Shown: piece after piece, positions 11,590 to 21,263 of the stretch
Position numbering within the stretch: position 1 is the first letter of the stretch
How the letters are laid out: each line of letters opens with the position of its first letter
Position numbers and translations under genes: made by a program
Assembly (NCBI GenBank): GCA_963743955.1
Contig: CAVURR010000014.1
Coordinates: 241,081 to 305,080 of the forward strand
DNA: 64,000 nt
Origin: an uncultured Iamiaceae bacterium
Lineage (GTDB): Bacteria > Actinomycetota > Acidimicrobiia > Acidimicrobiales > Iamiaceae
Reading direction: 5' to 3'
The notes under the pieces: generated by a model
Told to the model about the DNA's origin: nothing
Databases searched by the model: none
Seen by the model: only the letters and a program-made list of their open reading frames with translations

Positions 11590-12143
11590 CGTGGACCGGC
11601 TGACCACCCTCGCCCTCGAGGCGCGCGACGGCGACGAGGTGAGCCTCGCCGGGTTCGTGCGGGCGTCGCAGGCCGACGTGTGGCGCCTGGCCGCGCACCT
11701 GGTCGACGCGCAGTCGGCCGACGACGTCACCCAGGAGGTCTACCTGCGGGCCATCCCCGCTCTGGCCCGCTTCCGGGGCGACGCCTCGGCGCGCACGTGG
11801 CTGCTCTCGATCGCCCGCCGGACCTGTGCCGACGTCCTCCGTCGCCGCGGGCGTCAGCGCCGGCTCTGGGCCCGCCTGGTCGCGCAGTCCGACGCGGCCG
11901 GCCCGGCCGTCGTCGCCTCCGACGGGCGAGGTCGAGCTCTCCCACCTCGTGGCGGCGCTCGACCCCGACCGGCGCGAGGCCTTCGTGCTCACGCAGGTGC
12001 TGGGCCTGTCCTACGCGGAGGCGGCCGAGGTCTGCCGGGTGCCGGTCGGGACGATCCGCTCCCGCGTGTCCCGGGCCCGAGCCGACCTCCTGACCGCCGT
12101 CGACCCCGCGGGCGTCGAGGACGCAACCGGCACGTTCGACTGA
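11590..12143 (+). CDS. ECF sigma-70 family sigma factor (one apparent frameshift near 11920)
   Basis: Region 2: [56 protein letters not shown]. Region 4: [44 protein letters not shown]. Divergent from the anti-sigma gene with an 80-bp gap. Confidence 0.7.
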
Positions 12144-12232
12144 CGTTCCGGTCGTCGCGTGGTGACCGGGTGCGCACCCGGCGCGCGGCCTTCCCAGGGT
12201 GCCGTCGGGCGAGGTCGTAGCGTGGGCGCCCC

Positions 12233-13390
12233 ATGTCCCGTCCCCGCCGGTCCCTCTCACCGGTGGCGGTCCAGTGCCTCGTGTACCTGTCGTTCGCCGC
12301 CCCCATCGGGCTGTACGGCGCGGCCTGGCCCGACGCCCGCCATGAGTTCGGGCAGACCGCGGGCGCGCTCGGTGTGGTGGTGACCGCCTACTCGATCGGT
12401 CGCACGTCCACGTCCGCCTCCGCCCTGGCGGTGCTGCGTCGCGTGCCGATCGGGATCGCGACCGCGTTCTGCTGCCTGGTGCTGGCCGCGGCCGACGTCG
12501 TGGTGGCCGTCGGCCGGTCGTTCCCCGTGCTCGTCGCCGCGGTGGGGGTCGTCGGGCTGGTGAGCGGTGGCCTCGACTCGCTCGGCAGCCGGTTCCAGAC
12601 CGTCGTCCGCGACGTCGGTCGCTCGGGCCTGGTGCTGGGCGCCTACGGCGTGGGGGCCACGCTCGCGCCCGGGCTGACCGCGCTCACATCGTGGACCACG
12701 GGGAACCTGCTGGCGGCCGGGGCCGCGGTGGTGGCGGCGATCGCCGCGCTGGGCCGCTCGGTGGCCTGGCCGGACGGGCTCGGCGACGAGCCGGTGCGGT
12801 CAGGCGCAGAGGGTCCCGAGCCGCCGGAGCGGGGCCCCGTCCCCCGGGTCGCCCTCCTGGTCTCGTTGGGCCTGGCCGTCACGTGCGTGGGGGTCGAGGC
12901 GATGACGGGCAACTGGATGGCGACGGTGCTGGAGGACCACCGCGGCGCGTCGGCCCGCCAGGTGGGTCTGGCCATGAGCGGGTTCTGGGCCGGGGTCACG
13001 GTGGGGCGACTGGCGCTGGCGCGGCTCTCGGTGCCACCCCGCCGTCTGCTCGTGGGCGCCTCGACCGCGACCCTCGTCACCGTCGCCCTCCTGGGCGTGG
13101 TGCCCGTCGGGGTCGCTCTGGTCGGCCTGAGCGTGGTGGGCCTGTCGGTCGCGCCTCTGTTCCCGACGGTCGTGTCGACCACCGCCGACCGGGTCGGGGT
13201 GGCGGCCGCGGGGCGCGTCAGCGGCTGGCAGCTCCTCAGCGGGAACGGCTCGATCATCGCCATGACGGCGGTCCTGGGCCTCGCGGTGTCGGTCTGGGGC
13301 GAGGGCGTGCCGTACCTGGTGGTGCTCGCGCTGGCGGCGGCCGCGGCGGTCCTGTGCCGGGTCGCGGTGCGGCTCCCGCCGCGCCGGCGG
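12233..13390 (+). CDS. MFS transporter (3' end uncertain; the ORF runs into the next gene without a stop)
   Basis: 12 predicted hydrophobic helices and Gly/Ala-rich MFS-like sequence from ATG 12233. Confidence 0.55.
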
Positions 13391-13410
13391 AGCCGACGGC
13401 GACGCCACCG

Positions 13411-13831
13411 ATGGTCGGCAACACTTGCCCGATGCCGGGGACCTTCGACCGCGATGACGTCGTCCTCTCCCGGTTGCGGGAGGCGTGCACCGCCCTGCCC
13501 GAGGTGGAGGAGCGGCTTGAGCCACGGCTCCCCGGCCTGGTTCGTGCGGGGCAAGAAGACGTTCGTGATGTTCGTCGACGACCACCACGGCTCGGGGATC
13601 CTCGGCTTCTGGTGCGCGGCGCCGCCCGGCGTCCAGGCCGAGCTGGTCGACACCGAGCCCGAGCGCTTCTTCGTCCCGCCCTACGTGGGCCACCGGGGAT
13701 GGCTCGGCGTGCGCCTCGATCGCGACCCCGACTGGTCCGAGGTCGACGAGATCGTCACCGAGGCGTACTGCTGCGTCGCCCCGAAGACCCTGGTGGGGCA
13801 GGTTCGACCCGACCCTCGAGCGAGTGCTTGA
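13411..13831 (+). CDS. MmcQ/YjbR family DNA-binding protein (one apparent frameshift near 13525)
   Basis: N-term DDVVLSRLREACTALPEVEERLEP in one frame; PAWFVRGKKTFVMFVDDHHGSGILGFW...PPYVGHRGWLGVRLD in the next. The YjbR signature is split. Confidence 0.5.
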
Positions 13832-13994
13832 CCCTTGGTGTTAGGTGTGCTTATCATCACCCTCGGGCACCGCAGGAAGAGGCGGCGGCCCACCGTGTGC
13901 ACGCCCCTCGTGGATCCGGGTCGGGCGCACGGCTCTCGGTCATCGTGGTGTCGCCGGGCCTCGTGGATCCGGCCCGGCGCACCACGTGGCCTCG

Positions 13995-15539
13995 CTACCT
14001 CGGGCGGAACAGGTGGGTGGCGGTCGTCCGGCCCCGGAGGGTGACCTCGCCGGCCTGCTCCCACCGCTGCGCTTCCTGGCCGTCGGCGGCGGCGACGGCC
14101 TCGCCGGAGGCCAGCACCGTCACCGGGTGGGCCTTGGCCAGCTCGCTCAGGCGGGCGGCGGCGTTCACCGGGTCGCCGATCACCGTGTACTCGAAGCGGT
14201 GCTCGGCGCCGATGTTGCCGGCGACCGCGTCGCCGGCGGCGACGCCGATCCCGGCCCGCAGCTCGGGGACGGCGGCGGCCAGGCGCTCGTCGAGGTGGCG
14301 GGCGGTGGCCAGCGCGCTCCCCGCCGGGTCGGTCCGCTCGCCGAAGGCCCCGAACACGGCCAGCGCGGCGTCGCCCTCGAACTTGTTGATCCACCCGTGG
14401 TGGGCGTCGACGGTCGCGACCACCACCGCGAAGAAGCGGTTGAGCAGGTCGACCACCTCGGTCGGCGGCAGCTCGACGGCCAGGCGGGTCGAGCCGATGA
14501 TGTCGACGAACAGGACGGCCACCGACCGGAGGTCGCCGCCCAGGCTGGGCTGGCCCTCCAGGGCGCCGGCGGCGACGTCGGCGCCGACGTGGCGGCCGAA
14601 GACGTCGCGGATGCGCTCCCGCTCCCTCAGCCCCTCGACCATCTGGTTGAAGCCGTCCTGCAGCAGGCCGAGCTCGCTGCCGTCGTAGACGGGCACCGTG
14701 ACGTCGAGGTCGCCGTCGCGCACCCGGGTCATGCCGGCCTGCACGGAGTGGACGGGATCGGCGATCGACCGGGCCCCGAGGACGGTGGTCCACAACCCGA
14801 CGACGAGGGCCACGCTGCCCAGGACGATCATCGTGATCGCGGTGGAGGTCACCGTCGCCTCCTGCTCGACCAGGGAGAACAGGCCGCTGATCACCAGGCC
14901 CAGCACCGGCACCGCGGTGCCCAGGGCCCAGGCGAGGACGTGGCGGGCGGTGATGCCCGGGAGCCGGGTGCGGTCGACCTCCCCGGCGGCCAGCACCCGG
15001 GCCGCGACCGGGCGGAGCAGGCGCTCGGTGATGAGGAAGGCGATGGCGCTGGTCGACAGCCCGACCAGGGCGATGGTGAAGCCCACCCGGGTGATGAGGC
15101 GGGGGGCGATGATGCCGTTGGCGGTGGCGTAGACGACGGCGGAGAACAGCCAGAGCGTCACCTGCACCCGGAACACGCGGGTCGGTGCGCCGAGGACGGC
15201 ACGCTGCTCCTCGGGCGTCGGCTGCCGGTCACTGTCGATCCAGCGGCGGACCGCGAGCAGCGACCGCCCGTGCCACACCGAGGCGATGGCGATGGCCACC
15301 GGCACCCAGATGCACGTGGCCACCAGGTTGACCAGCACCACCGCCGTCTCGTGCGGGACCGGATCCGGCGGGAGCACCCAGACCGCGAAGGCGAAGACCA
15401 CCGTCGCCCCGACCACGTTGGTGAGGGCGACGGCCACCACGATGCGGGTGAGGATGCGTCGGACGAGGCGTCGCCCGTCATCGGAGATGTCCGGCGCGCC
15501 GCCGTGGTGGTCGACCTCGGGGGCCGTCGGGTCGGTCAT
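13995..15539 (-). CDS. membrane-bound class III adenylate/guanylate cyclase (6 TM + HAMP + CYC)
   Basis: Intact 514-aa ORF. Cyclase motifs VAVLFVDIIGSTRL, FEGDAALAVFG, GIGVAAGDAVAGNIG, YTVIGDPVNAAARL. Its ATG overlaps the upstream gene's stop (ATGA). Confidence 0.8.
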   Translation of the reverse strand: MTDPTAPEVDHHGGAPDISDDGRRLVRRILTRIVVAVALTNVVGATVVFAFAVWVLPPDPVPHETAVVLVNLVATCIWVPVAIAIASVWHGRSLLAVRRWIDSDRQPTPEEQRAVLGAPTRVFRVQVTLWLFSAVVYATANGIIAPRLITRVGFTIALVGLSTSAIAFLITERLLRPVAARVLAAGEVDRTRLPGITARHVLAWALGTAVPVLGLVISGLFSLVEQEATVTSTAITMIVLGSVALVVGLWTTVLGARSIADPVHSVQAGMTRVRDGDLDVTVPVYDGSELGLLQDGFNQMVEGLRERERIRDVFGRHVGADVAAGALEGQPSLGGDLRSVAVLFVDIIGSTRLAVELPPTEVVDLLNRFFAVVVATVDAHHGWINKFEGDAALAVFGAFGERTDPAGSALATARHLDERLAAAVPELRAGIGVAAGDAVAGNIGAEHRFEYTVIGDPVNAAARLSELAKAHPVTVLASGEAVAAADGQEAQRWEQAGEVTLRGRTTATHLFRPR

Positions 15540-16261
15540 GGCCCGCCGCCGACCGACGCCACCGCGTAGCAGGCGATGCCGGCGGCCACGCCGACGTTGA
15601 GCGAGTCGACGGTCGCGGCCAGGGGGATGCGCACCCGCAGGTCGGCCGCGGCCTCGGTCGCGTCGGTGAGGCCGGGCCCCTCGGAGCCGAGGACGAGGGC
15701 CAGGCGGGCGTCGTGGCCCACCCGGTCGGGCAGGTCCGACAGGGCGAGGGCGTCGACCGCCGGGGTCAGGGCGACCACGGTCAGCCCGGCGTCGCGGACG
15801 ACGTCGAGCCCACCGGGCAGGCGGTCGGTGCGGGCGTGGGGGAGCCCGAAGCCCTCCCCCATCGAGGCCCGGTTGGCCCGGCGGTAGAGCGGGTCGCACG
15901 ACGTCGGATCGAGGAGCAGGGCGTCGAAGCCCAGGGCGGCGGCACTGCGCACGATGACCCCCATGTTGGTGGGGTTGACGATGCCCTCGGCCACCACCAC
16001 GCGGCGGACCCCGACCAGCACCTCCTCCGGTGGCGGCAGGGGCCGTCGGGCGAGGGTGACCAGCGCGCCGCGGTGGGTCTGGTAGCCGGTGATGGCGCTG
16101 ATCACCCGCGGCCCGGCGCGGTACACGGGCACGTCGGGGGCCAGGCCCGGTGGCAGCGGGTCGTCCCGTGACGCGTCGACCAGCACGGCCAGGGCCCGGT
16201 AGCCGGCGGCCAGGGCCCGACCGGCCACCAGGGCGCCCTCGGCCACGAACAGCCCCTCCAT
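15536..16261 (-). CDS. SpoU/TrmH family RNA 2'-O-methyltransferase
   Basis: GIVNPTNMGVIVRSAAALGFDALLL, VLGSEGPGL, IPLAATVDSLNVGVAAGIACY (SPOUT motifs). Confidence 0.7.
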   Translation of the reverse strand: MEGLFVAEGALVAGRALAAGYRALAVLVDASRDDPLPPGLAPDVPVYRAGPRVISAITGYQTHRGALVTLARRPLPPPEEVLVGVRRVVVAEGIVNPTNMGVIVRSAAALGFDALLLDPTSCDPLYRRANRASMGEGFGLPHARTDRLPGGLDVVRDAGLTVVALTPAVDALALSDLPDRVGHDARLALVLGSEGPGLTDATEAAADLRVRIPLAATVDSLNVGVAAGIACYAVASVGGGP

Positions 16262-16379
16262 GTCGCCGCCCTCGGCCTCGCGCCGGCGGCGGAGGTCGTG
16301 GTCGCGGAGGCCCATGAACGCGGCCAGGCGCGGGTCGGCGGGGTCGTCGACCGCCTCGGGGGTGACACGCCGCGCCGCG

Positions 16380-17789
16380 CTAGGCCGTGTGCTCGGCCAT
16401 GATGCCGATCTCGACCGCGTCGGCCGCGGTGCCCGGCTCGTCGAGGCGGGGGTCGGGGTCGACGCCGGGCTCGGACGCGGCGCGGCGCCGGGCCAGGGTC
16501 GAGGCGATCACCGCGATGACCGCGGCGACCAGGTTGCCGATGAACCAGGCGGTGCTGGCCCCGTCGATGCCCTCGTCGGGGACGAGGAGGAGCGCGGGGA
16601 CCACGATCGCCAGGGTCAGGCCGAGGGTGATGCACACGGTGGCCGTGTGGCGGTGGAGGATGCGCACCTCCGACAGGAGCAGCGACGTCACCGCCCACGG
16701 GATCCCGGCCGCGACCATGGCCGGCAGCACGCGGGCGGCGTCGGCGTAGCCCTCGCCGTAGACCGTGGTGACCAGGTCGCTCGCGAGGGCCGTGACCACG
16801 GCGCCCACCACCATGAGGGCGAGGGCGAGGCCCATGGCCAGCCGGACCTGGGAGTGGAGGTGCGCGCCGTCGCGACCGCCCTCGGCGAGGAGCGCCTGCC
16901 CGAGTGCGGTGGGGACGTAGAACGCGACCGCGACGATGCCCCAGGCCACGTTGAAGCTGGCGTAGTCCTCCGAGCTGACCGACGCGAGCACGATCACCGG
17001 GAGGGCGAAGTAGGGCGCCTGGTAGGCGAGGGTCGAGACGTAGTTGACCCCCGAGTACCGCACCGCACCGCGGGCCGTCGCCGGGCGGGGCCGCAACCGG
17101 TGGCGGCCCCCCGCGAGCCGAGGCGCCACGAGGGCCCCGAGGTACCCGGAGAGGGCGACCGGTCCGATCGAGAACACGAACAGCCACATCGCCCGGTGGT
17201 CGTGCTCCCGGAACAGGAACAGCAGGGGGAAGCGGGCCAGGCCGACCACGGTGATGCGCAGCATGACCAGGTTCCAGCGGCGGGCGGTCATGAACCGGAC
17301 GTCGGCGATCATCGACAGCCCGGCGCCGGCGACCATCACACCGAACAGCAGCGGTCCGCCGACGGTGTTCCAGTCGACGACCACGTCGGTGGCCGACGAG
17401 TGCAGCACGGCGACGTAGCCGAGCCCGAGGATCGTCCCGGCCGCGGTCGTGGCCGCCACCGCCCAGCTGAAGATCACGTCCGAGGCCTCGTCGCGGTCGG
17501 CCGCGTAGCGGGCCAGCGCCACCGGCAGGCCGAGGCCGGCCAGGTAGGTCACGAACAGGACCGACTGGAAGAGCTTGGCCGCCGCGCCCACGTCGGCCTC
17601 GGTGTCGAGCTTGGCCGCGATCAGCCAGAAGATCGCCCCGGACAGGGCCTGGATGGCTGCGCCGACGACCAGCATCGCCGACCCGGTCAGCAGGTGGCGG
17701 TGGCCCCGCGCGCGCCGCAGGGGCGCGGTGCGGACCCGAGGCTTCACAAGGACGCGAGCGTACCGGTCGCCCGGCGTGCGGCCCCGCAT
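16380..17789 (-). CDS. polysaccharide-biosynthesis / MOP-superfamily flippase-like integral membrane protein
   Basis: Intact 469-aa ORF, about 12-14 hydrophobic helices, Wzx/MurJ-like composition. The track ORF 16380..19340 is a read-through artefact whose N-terminal two thirds is off-frame. Confidence 0.55.
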   Translation of the reverse strand: MRGRTPGDRYARVLVKPRVRTAPLRRARGHRHLLTGSAMLVVGAAIQALSGAIFWLIAAKLDTEADVGAAAKLFQSVLFVTYLAGLGLPVALARYAADRDEASDVIFSWAVAATTAAGTILGLGYVAVLHSSATDVVVDWNTVGGPLLFGVMVAGAGLSMIADVRFMTARRWNLVMLRITVVGLARFPLLFLFREHDHRAMWLFVFSIGPVALSGYLGALVAPRLAGGRHRLRPRPATARGAVRYSGVNYVSTLAYQAPYFALPVIVLASVSSEDYASFNVAWGIVAVAFYVPTALGQALLAEGGRDGAHLHSQVRLAMGLALALMVVGAVVTALASDLVTTVYGEGYADAARVLPAMVAAGIPWAVTSLLLSEVRILHRHTATVCITLGLTLAIVVPALLLVPDEGIDGASTAWFIGNLVAAVIAVIASTLARRRAASEPGVDPDPRLDEPGTAADAVEIGIMAEHTA

Positions 17790-17815
17790 CGCCGCGCGAG
17801 CCGTCCGCGCCAGCC

Positions 17816-19612
17816 CTACGTGGGGATCGGCCCCGCCTGCTGGCTGGCGACCCGATCGATCAGGTCGGCCTCGGCCATCGGCATCCCGATCAGCCAGCCC
17901 TGGGCGCCGTCGCAGCCGAGGGCCCGCAGCCGGTCGAGCTGGATCTGGTCCTCGACGCCCTCGGCGATGGCGGCCTGTCCGAGGGCGTGGGCCAGGTCGA
18001 TGACGGCGCCCACGATGGCCTCGTCCTCGGCGTCGCGCCCGAGACCGGCCACGAACGAGCGGTCGACCTTGAGCACGTCGACGGGGAACTGCCGCAGGTA
18101 GCGGAGCGACGACCACCCGGTGCCGAAGTCGTCGACGGCGACGCCGACGCCGAGCTCGTGGATCCGCTTGAGGGCGGTGCCGGAGGCCTCGACGTCCATC
18201 AGGTCGGTCTCGGTGATCTCGATGACCAGCGCGCCGTGGGGCAGCCGGGTCTCCTCGAGCACGGCGGCCAGGTCGTCGACCAGCGCGGGCGAGCCCAGCT
18301 GGCGGGCGGAGAGGTTGACGCTCATGGTCATCCCCTCGGACAGCAGCGGCTCGAGGTCGCGGAGCCGCGCCATCGCCCGGCAGGCCGTGGCGGTGATCCA
18401 GTTGCCGATCGGCACGATGAGGCCGGTCTCCTCCGCGATGGGGAGGAACTCGCCCGGGAGGAGGATCCCCCGCTCGGGGTGCTCCCAGCGGACGAGGGAC
18501 TCGGCCCCGATGATGCGGCCGGTCGCGAGGTCGATCTGGGGCTGGTAGGCCACCCGCATCTCGTGGCGGTCGAGGGCGCGGCGCAGCGAGCTCTCCAGGG
18601 CGAGGCGGTCGACGGCCTGGACGTGCATGGCGGCGTCGAACATCTCGGTGCGGCTGCGGCCGCGGGCCTTGGCCTCGTACATCGCCGCGTCGGCGTCGCG
18701 GATGATGGCCTCGGCGACGCCCGAGTCCTCCGAGGTGGCCACGCCGATCGACACCGTGACGGTGACCTCGGTGTCGTCGATGGACACCGGGTCGGCGATG
18801 GCCTCCTCGATGCGGCGGGCGATCTCGAGGGCCTCCTCGCCGCGCTCCAGCTCCTCGCACAGCACGACGAACTCGTCGCCGCCGAAGCGGGCCACGGTGT
18901 CGCCGGGGCGGACGGCGGCCTGCACCCGGCGGGCGACCTCCACCAGCAGGGTGTCGCCGGCGGAGTGGCCGAGGCTGTCGTTGACGACCTTGAAGTTGTC
19001 GAGGTCGAGGAAGAGGACCCCGGTCAGCCGGCCGGTGCGCCCGCCGCGGGCCATCGCCATGTGGAGGCGGTCGACGAGGAGGGTGCGGTTCGGGAGGCCG
19101 GTCAGCGGGTCGTGGGTGGCCTGGTGGGCCAGGCGCTGCTCGAACTCCTTCCGCTCGGTGATGTCGCGGGCGACGACGGCCACGGTCTCGATCTCGCCCC
19201 GGGCGTCGCGCAGGGCGACCATCACCACCGACAGGGGGATCGTCGCCCCGGTCCGATCGTGGAACGAGAGCTCGCCCTCCCACAGGCCCTTGACCTCGAG
19301 GGCGGGGGCGGCCTCGTTCAGGAACCGGTGCCGCACCCACGACGGCGTGCGGGAGAGCAGGGCGTCGAGGTCGGTGGTGGCGTCGGTGGTGTCGGCCGCG
19401 TCGGAGAGGATGCGGGCCGCGGCCGGGTTCATCCGGATGCGGTCGTCGCCCCGGGTCGCGGTGAGGACCAGGTCGGTCGAGGCCTCCAGCGCGAGCGACA
19501 GGCGGGCGTGCTCGGCGTCGGGGCGCGGCCCGATGTGGGCCGAGGGGGTCAGGCCCAGGTCACCGTCGTCCGGGATGTCGCTGGGCACCTGGCGCGCAGG
19601 GGCGCTGACCAT
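17816..19612 (-). CDS. PAS-GGDEF-EAL c-di-GMP turnover protein
   Basis: Intact. RFGGDEFVVL (GGDEF), EAL region with EITETDLM, DDFGTGWSSLRYL, KVDRSFV. Confidence 0.85.
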   Translation of the reverse strand: MVSAPARQVPSDIPDDGDLGLTPSAHIGPRPDAEHARLSLALEASTDLVLTATRGDDRIRMNPAAARILSDAADTTDATTDLDALLSRTPSWVRHRFLNEAAPALEVKGLWEGELSFHDRTGATIPLSVVMVALRDARGEIETVAVVARDITERKEFEQRLAHQATHDPLTGLPNRTLLVDRLHMAMARGGRTGRLTGVLFLDLDNFKVVNDSLGHSAGDTLLVEVARRVQAAVRPGDTVARFGGDEFVVLCEELERGEEALEIARRIEEAIADPVSIDDTEVTVTVSIGVATSEDSGVAEAIIRDADAAMYEAKARGRSRTEMFDAAMHVQAVDRLALESSLRRALDRHEMRVAYQPQIDLATGRIIGAESLVRWEHPERGILLPGEFLPIAEETGLIVPIGNWITATACRAMARLRDLEPLLSEGMTMSVNLSARQLGSPALVDDLAAVLEETRLPHGALVIEITETDLMDVEASGTALKRIHELGVGVAVDDFGTGWSSLRYLRQFPVDVLKVDRSFVAGLGRDAEDEAIVGAVIDLAHALGQAAIAEGVEDQIQLDRLRALGCDGAQGWLIGMPMAEADLIDRVASQQAGPIPT

Positions 19613-19835
19613 TGCCCCCCCTAGATCCTGCTGGGTCACGTCCCTCCCGGACGGTGGCTCGGCGGAGTCGGTCTCCAGGCTACGGACCCCGGCCGGTCGG
19701 GATCGCATCCGGTCGTCCCATCGGCAGCGCCGGCCCGGGGGTGAGGGCTCACCGATGCGCAGGTCCCGGGGTGGGTCGGGGGAGGCGACCGGCAAGACTG
19801 CGACCGTGCGCGTGCGCGACCGAGGGCAGTGACCG

Positions 19836-20519
19836 ATGACCGACCAGCCCGGCTCCCCGCGGCCCGGTCAGCAGGGACCGATCGGTCCGATCGGCCCGAC
19901 CGACCCCACGCGCCAGGTGCCGGTCGCGCCCGCGCACGGGTTCCCTCCGGCCGGGCCGCCGCCAGCCGCACCTCCGCCGGGTCCCCCTCCGTACGCGGTC
20001 CCTCCGACCGCCCCGCCCACGCAGGTGGCCCCGCCGGCCGCCCCGCGTCGGACGGCGCGCATCCTCGGCCGGGCCCTGCTGGTGCTGCTCGTCGTCGGCG
20101 CCCTCGGCGCGACGACGGCCTGGGGGTTCGCCAACCGGTCGAGCGCCCAGGAGTGGAAGGAGCGCAGCGAGCGGTCCGACGCCGCCCTGCGCGACGGCCT
20201 GGCCGAGGTCGAGAGCACCCGGGCCGAGGTCGAGGACGCCCGCCAACGGCTCCGCGACCTGGCCGCCGAGAAGGCCGACGAGACCGACCGGAACCGCATC
20301 CTCTCGGAGATCGTCAGCCAGGCGCCGGAGGTCACCGACGCCATGCGCCAGTGCCAGCAGGAGACCACCGCCCTGGCCAACGAGATCATCGGGTCGTTCG
20401 GCGACCCGGAGGCCGTCCCGGCCCTCGAGGACCGCATCGACGAGGTCAACGACATCTGCGCCGAGGCGCTCGACGCCGCGGCCGCCCTCGAGGCCTCGAT
20501 CGACCAGCTGGGCCCCTGA
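19836..20519 (+). CDS. Pro-rich N-terminus, single-TM, coiled-coil protein (hypothetical)
   Basis: PPxAPP repeats, TM ILGRALLVLLVVGALGATTAWGF, then heptad-like EWKERSERSDAALRDGLAEVE. Confidence 0.5.
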   Translation: MTDQPGSPRPGQQGPIGPIGPTDPTRQVPVAPAHGFPPAGPPPAAPPPGPPPYAVPPTAPPTQVAPPAAPRRTARILGRALLVLLVVGALGATTAWGFANRSSAQEWKERSERSDAALRDGLAEVESTRAEVEDARQRLRDLAAEKADETDRNRILSEIVSQAPEVTDAMRQCQQETTALANEIIGSFGDPEAVPALEDRIDEVNDICAEALDAAAALEASIDQLGP

Positions 20520-20520
20520 C

Positions 20521-21230
20521 GTGAGGTCCCTCCGCCGGGTGCTCGTCGCGTCGGCTGCGCTGGTCGTCGCGCTCGGCGGGACCGCGTGCGTCCCGCCGCC
20601 GGACGCACCCGAGGTCGACGCGTCGCTGATCGACGAGCCGCCGCGGTCGACCCCCGCATCTACACGGTGCGCATCCGCTCCACGACCTGCGAGGGCCTCG
20701 GGGTGGGGTCGGGCTTCCTCGTCGACGACCGCACCATCGTCACCAACCGGCACGTCGTCGAGGGGGCCGAGGTGCTCGAGGTCGAGACCTCCGAGGGGGG
20801 CACGCTGTCGGTCGACGTCGCGTCACAGGGCCTGCTGGCCGACCTCGCCGTCGTCCGACTCGCCGCGCCGATGGACGAGGCGCTCGGCACGCCCATCCCG
20901 CCCGCCGAGCTGGCTGCGGCCAACCCCGAGCCCGGGGACCCCGTGACCGCGATCGGCTACCCGGGAGGTGGCCCCCTCACCGTCACCGAGGGCACCGTCG
21001 TCGACTTCAAGGCCGATCCCCGGCTGGGCAACCTGTCCAAGGTGATCCGCTCCGACGTCGAGATCCACCCGGGGAGCTCCGGCGGCCCGGCCATCGACGC
21101 CGACGACCGGGTCATCGGGGTCGTGTACGCCATCGAGGTCGACACCGAGCAGTCGCTGCTGGTCCCCGTCGACACGCTGCGCCGGGTCCTGGCCGACGAG
21201 GACGGGCTGGAGCCGGTGCAGGCCTGCTGA
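20521..21230 (+). CDS. trypsin-like (S1) serine protease lipoprotein (one apparent frameshift near 20645)
   Basis: MRSLRRVLVASAALVVALGGTAC lipobox. TNRHVV (His), DLAVVRL (Asp), GSSGGPAID (Ser) catalytic triad context. Confidence 0.65.
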
Positions 21231-21263
21231 TCCCGACCGGGTCCCTGCTGATCCCGACAGTGG

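Noticed and set aside
12233-13831. Single 532-aa ORF implying an MFS-YjbR fusion protein
   Set aside because: The YjbR N-terminal motif (ALPEVEER) lies in a different frame from the MFS gene with its own ATG at 13411. The fusion is most likely produced by an indel removing the MFS stop.
16380-19340. 986-aa ORF suggesting a single giant protein
   Set aside because: The N-terminal 500 residues are the off-frame shadow of the GGDEF-EAL gene. Only the C-terminal 469 aa (16380-17789) has membrane-protein character. The real GGDEF-EAL gene is the 17816-19612 frame.
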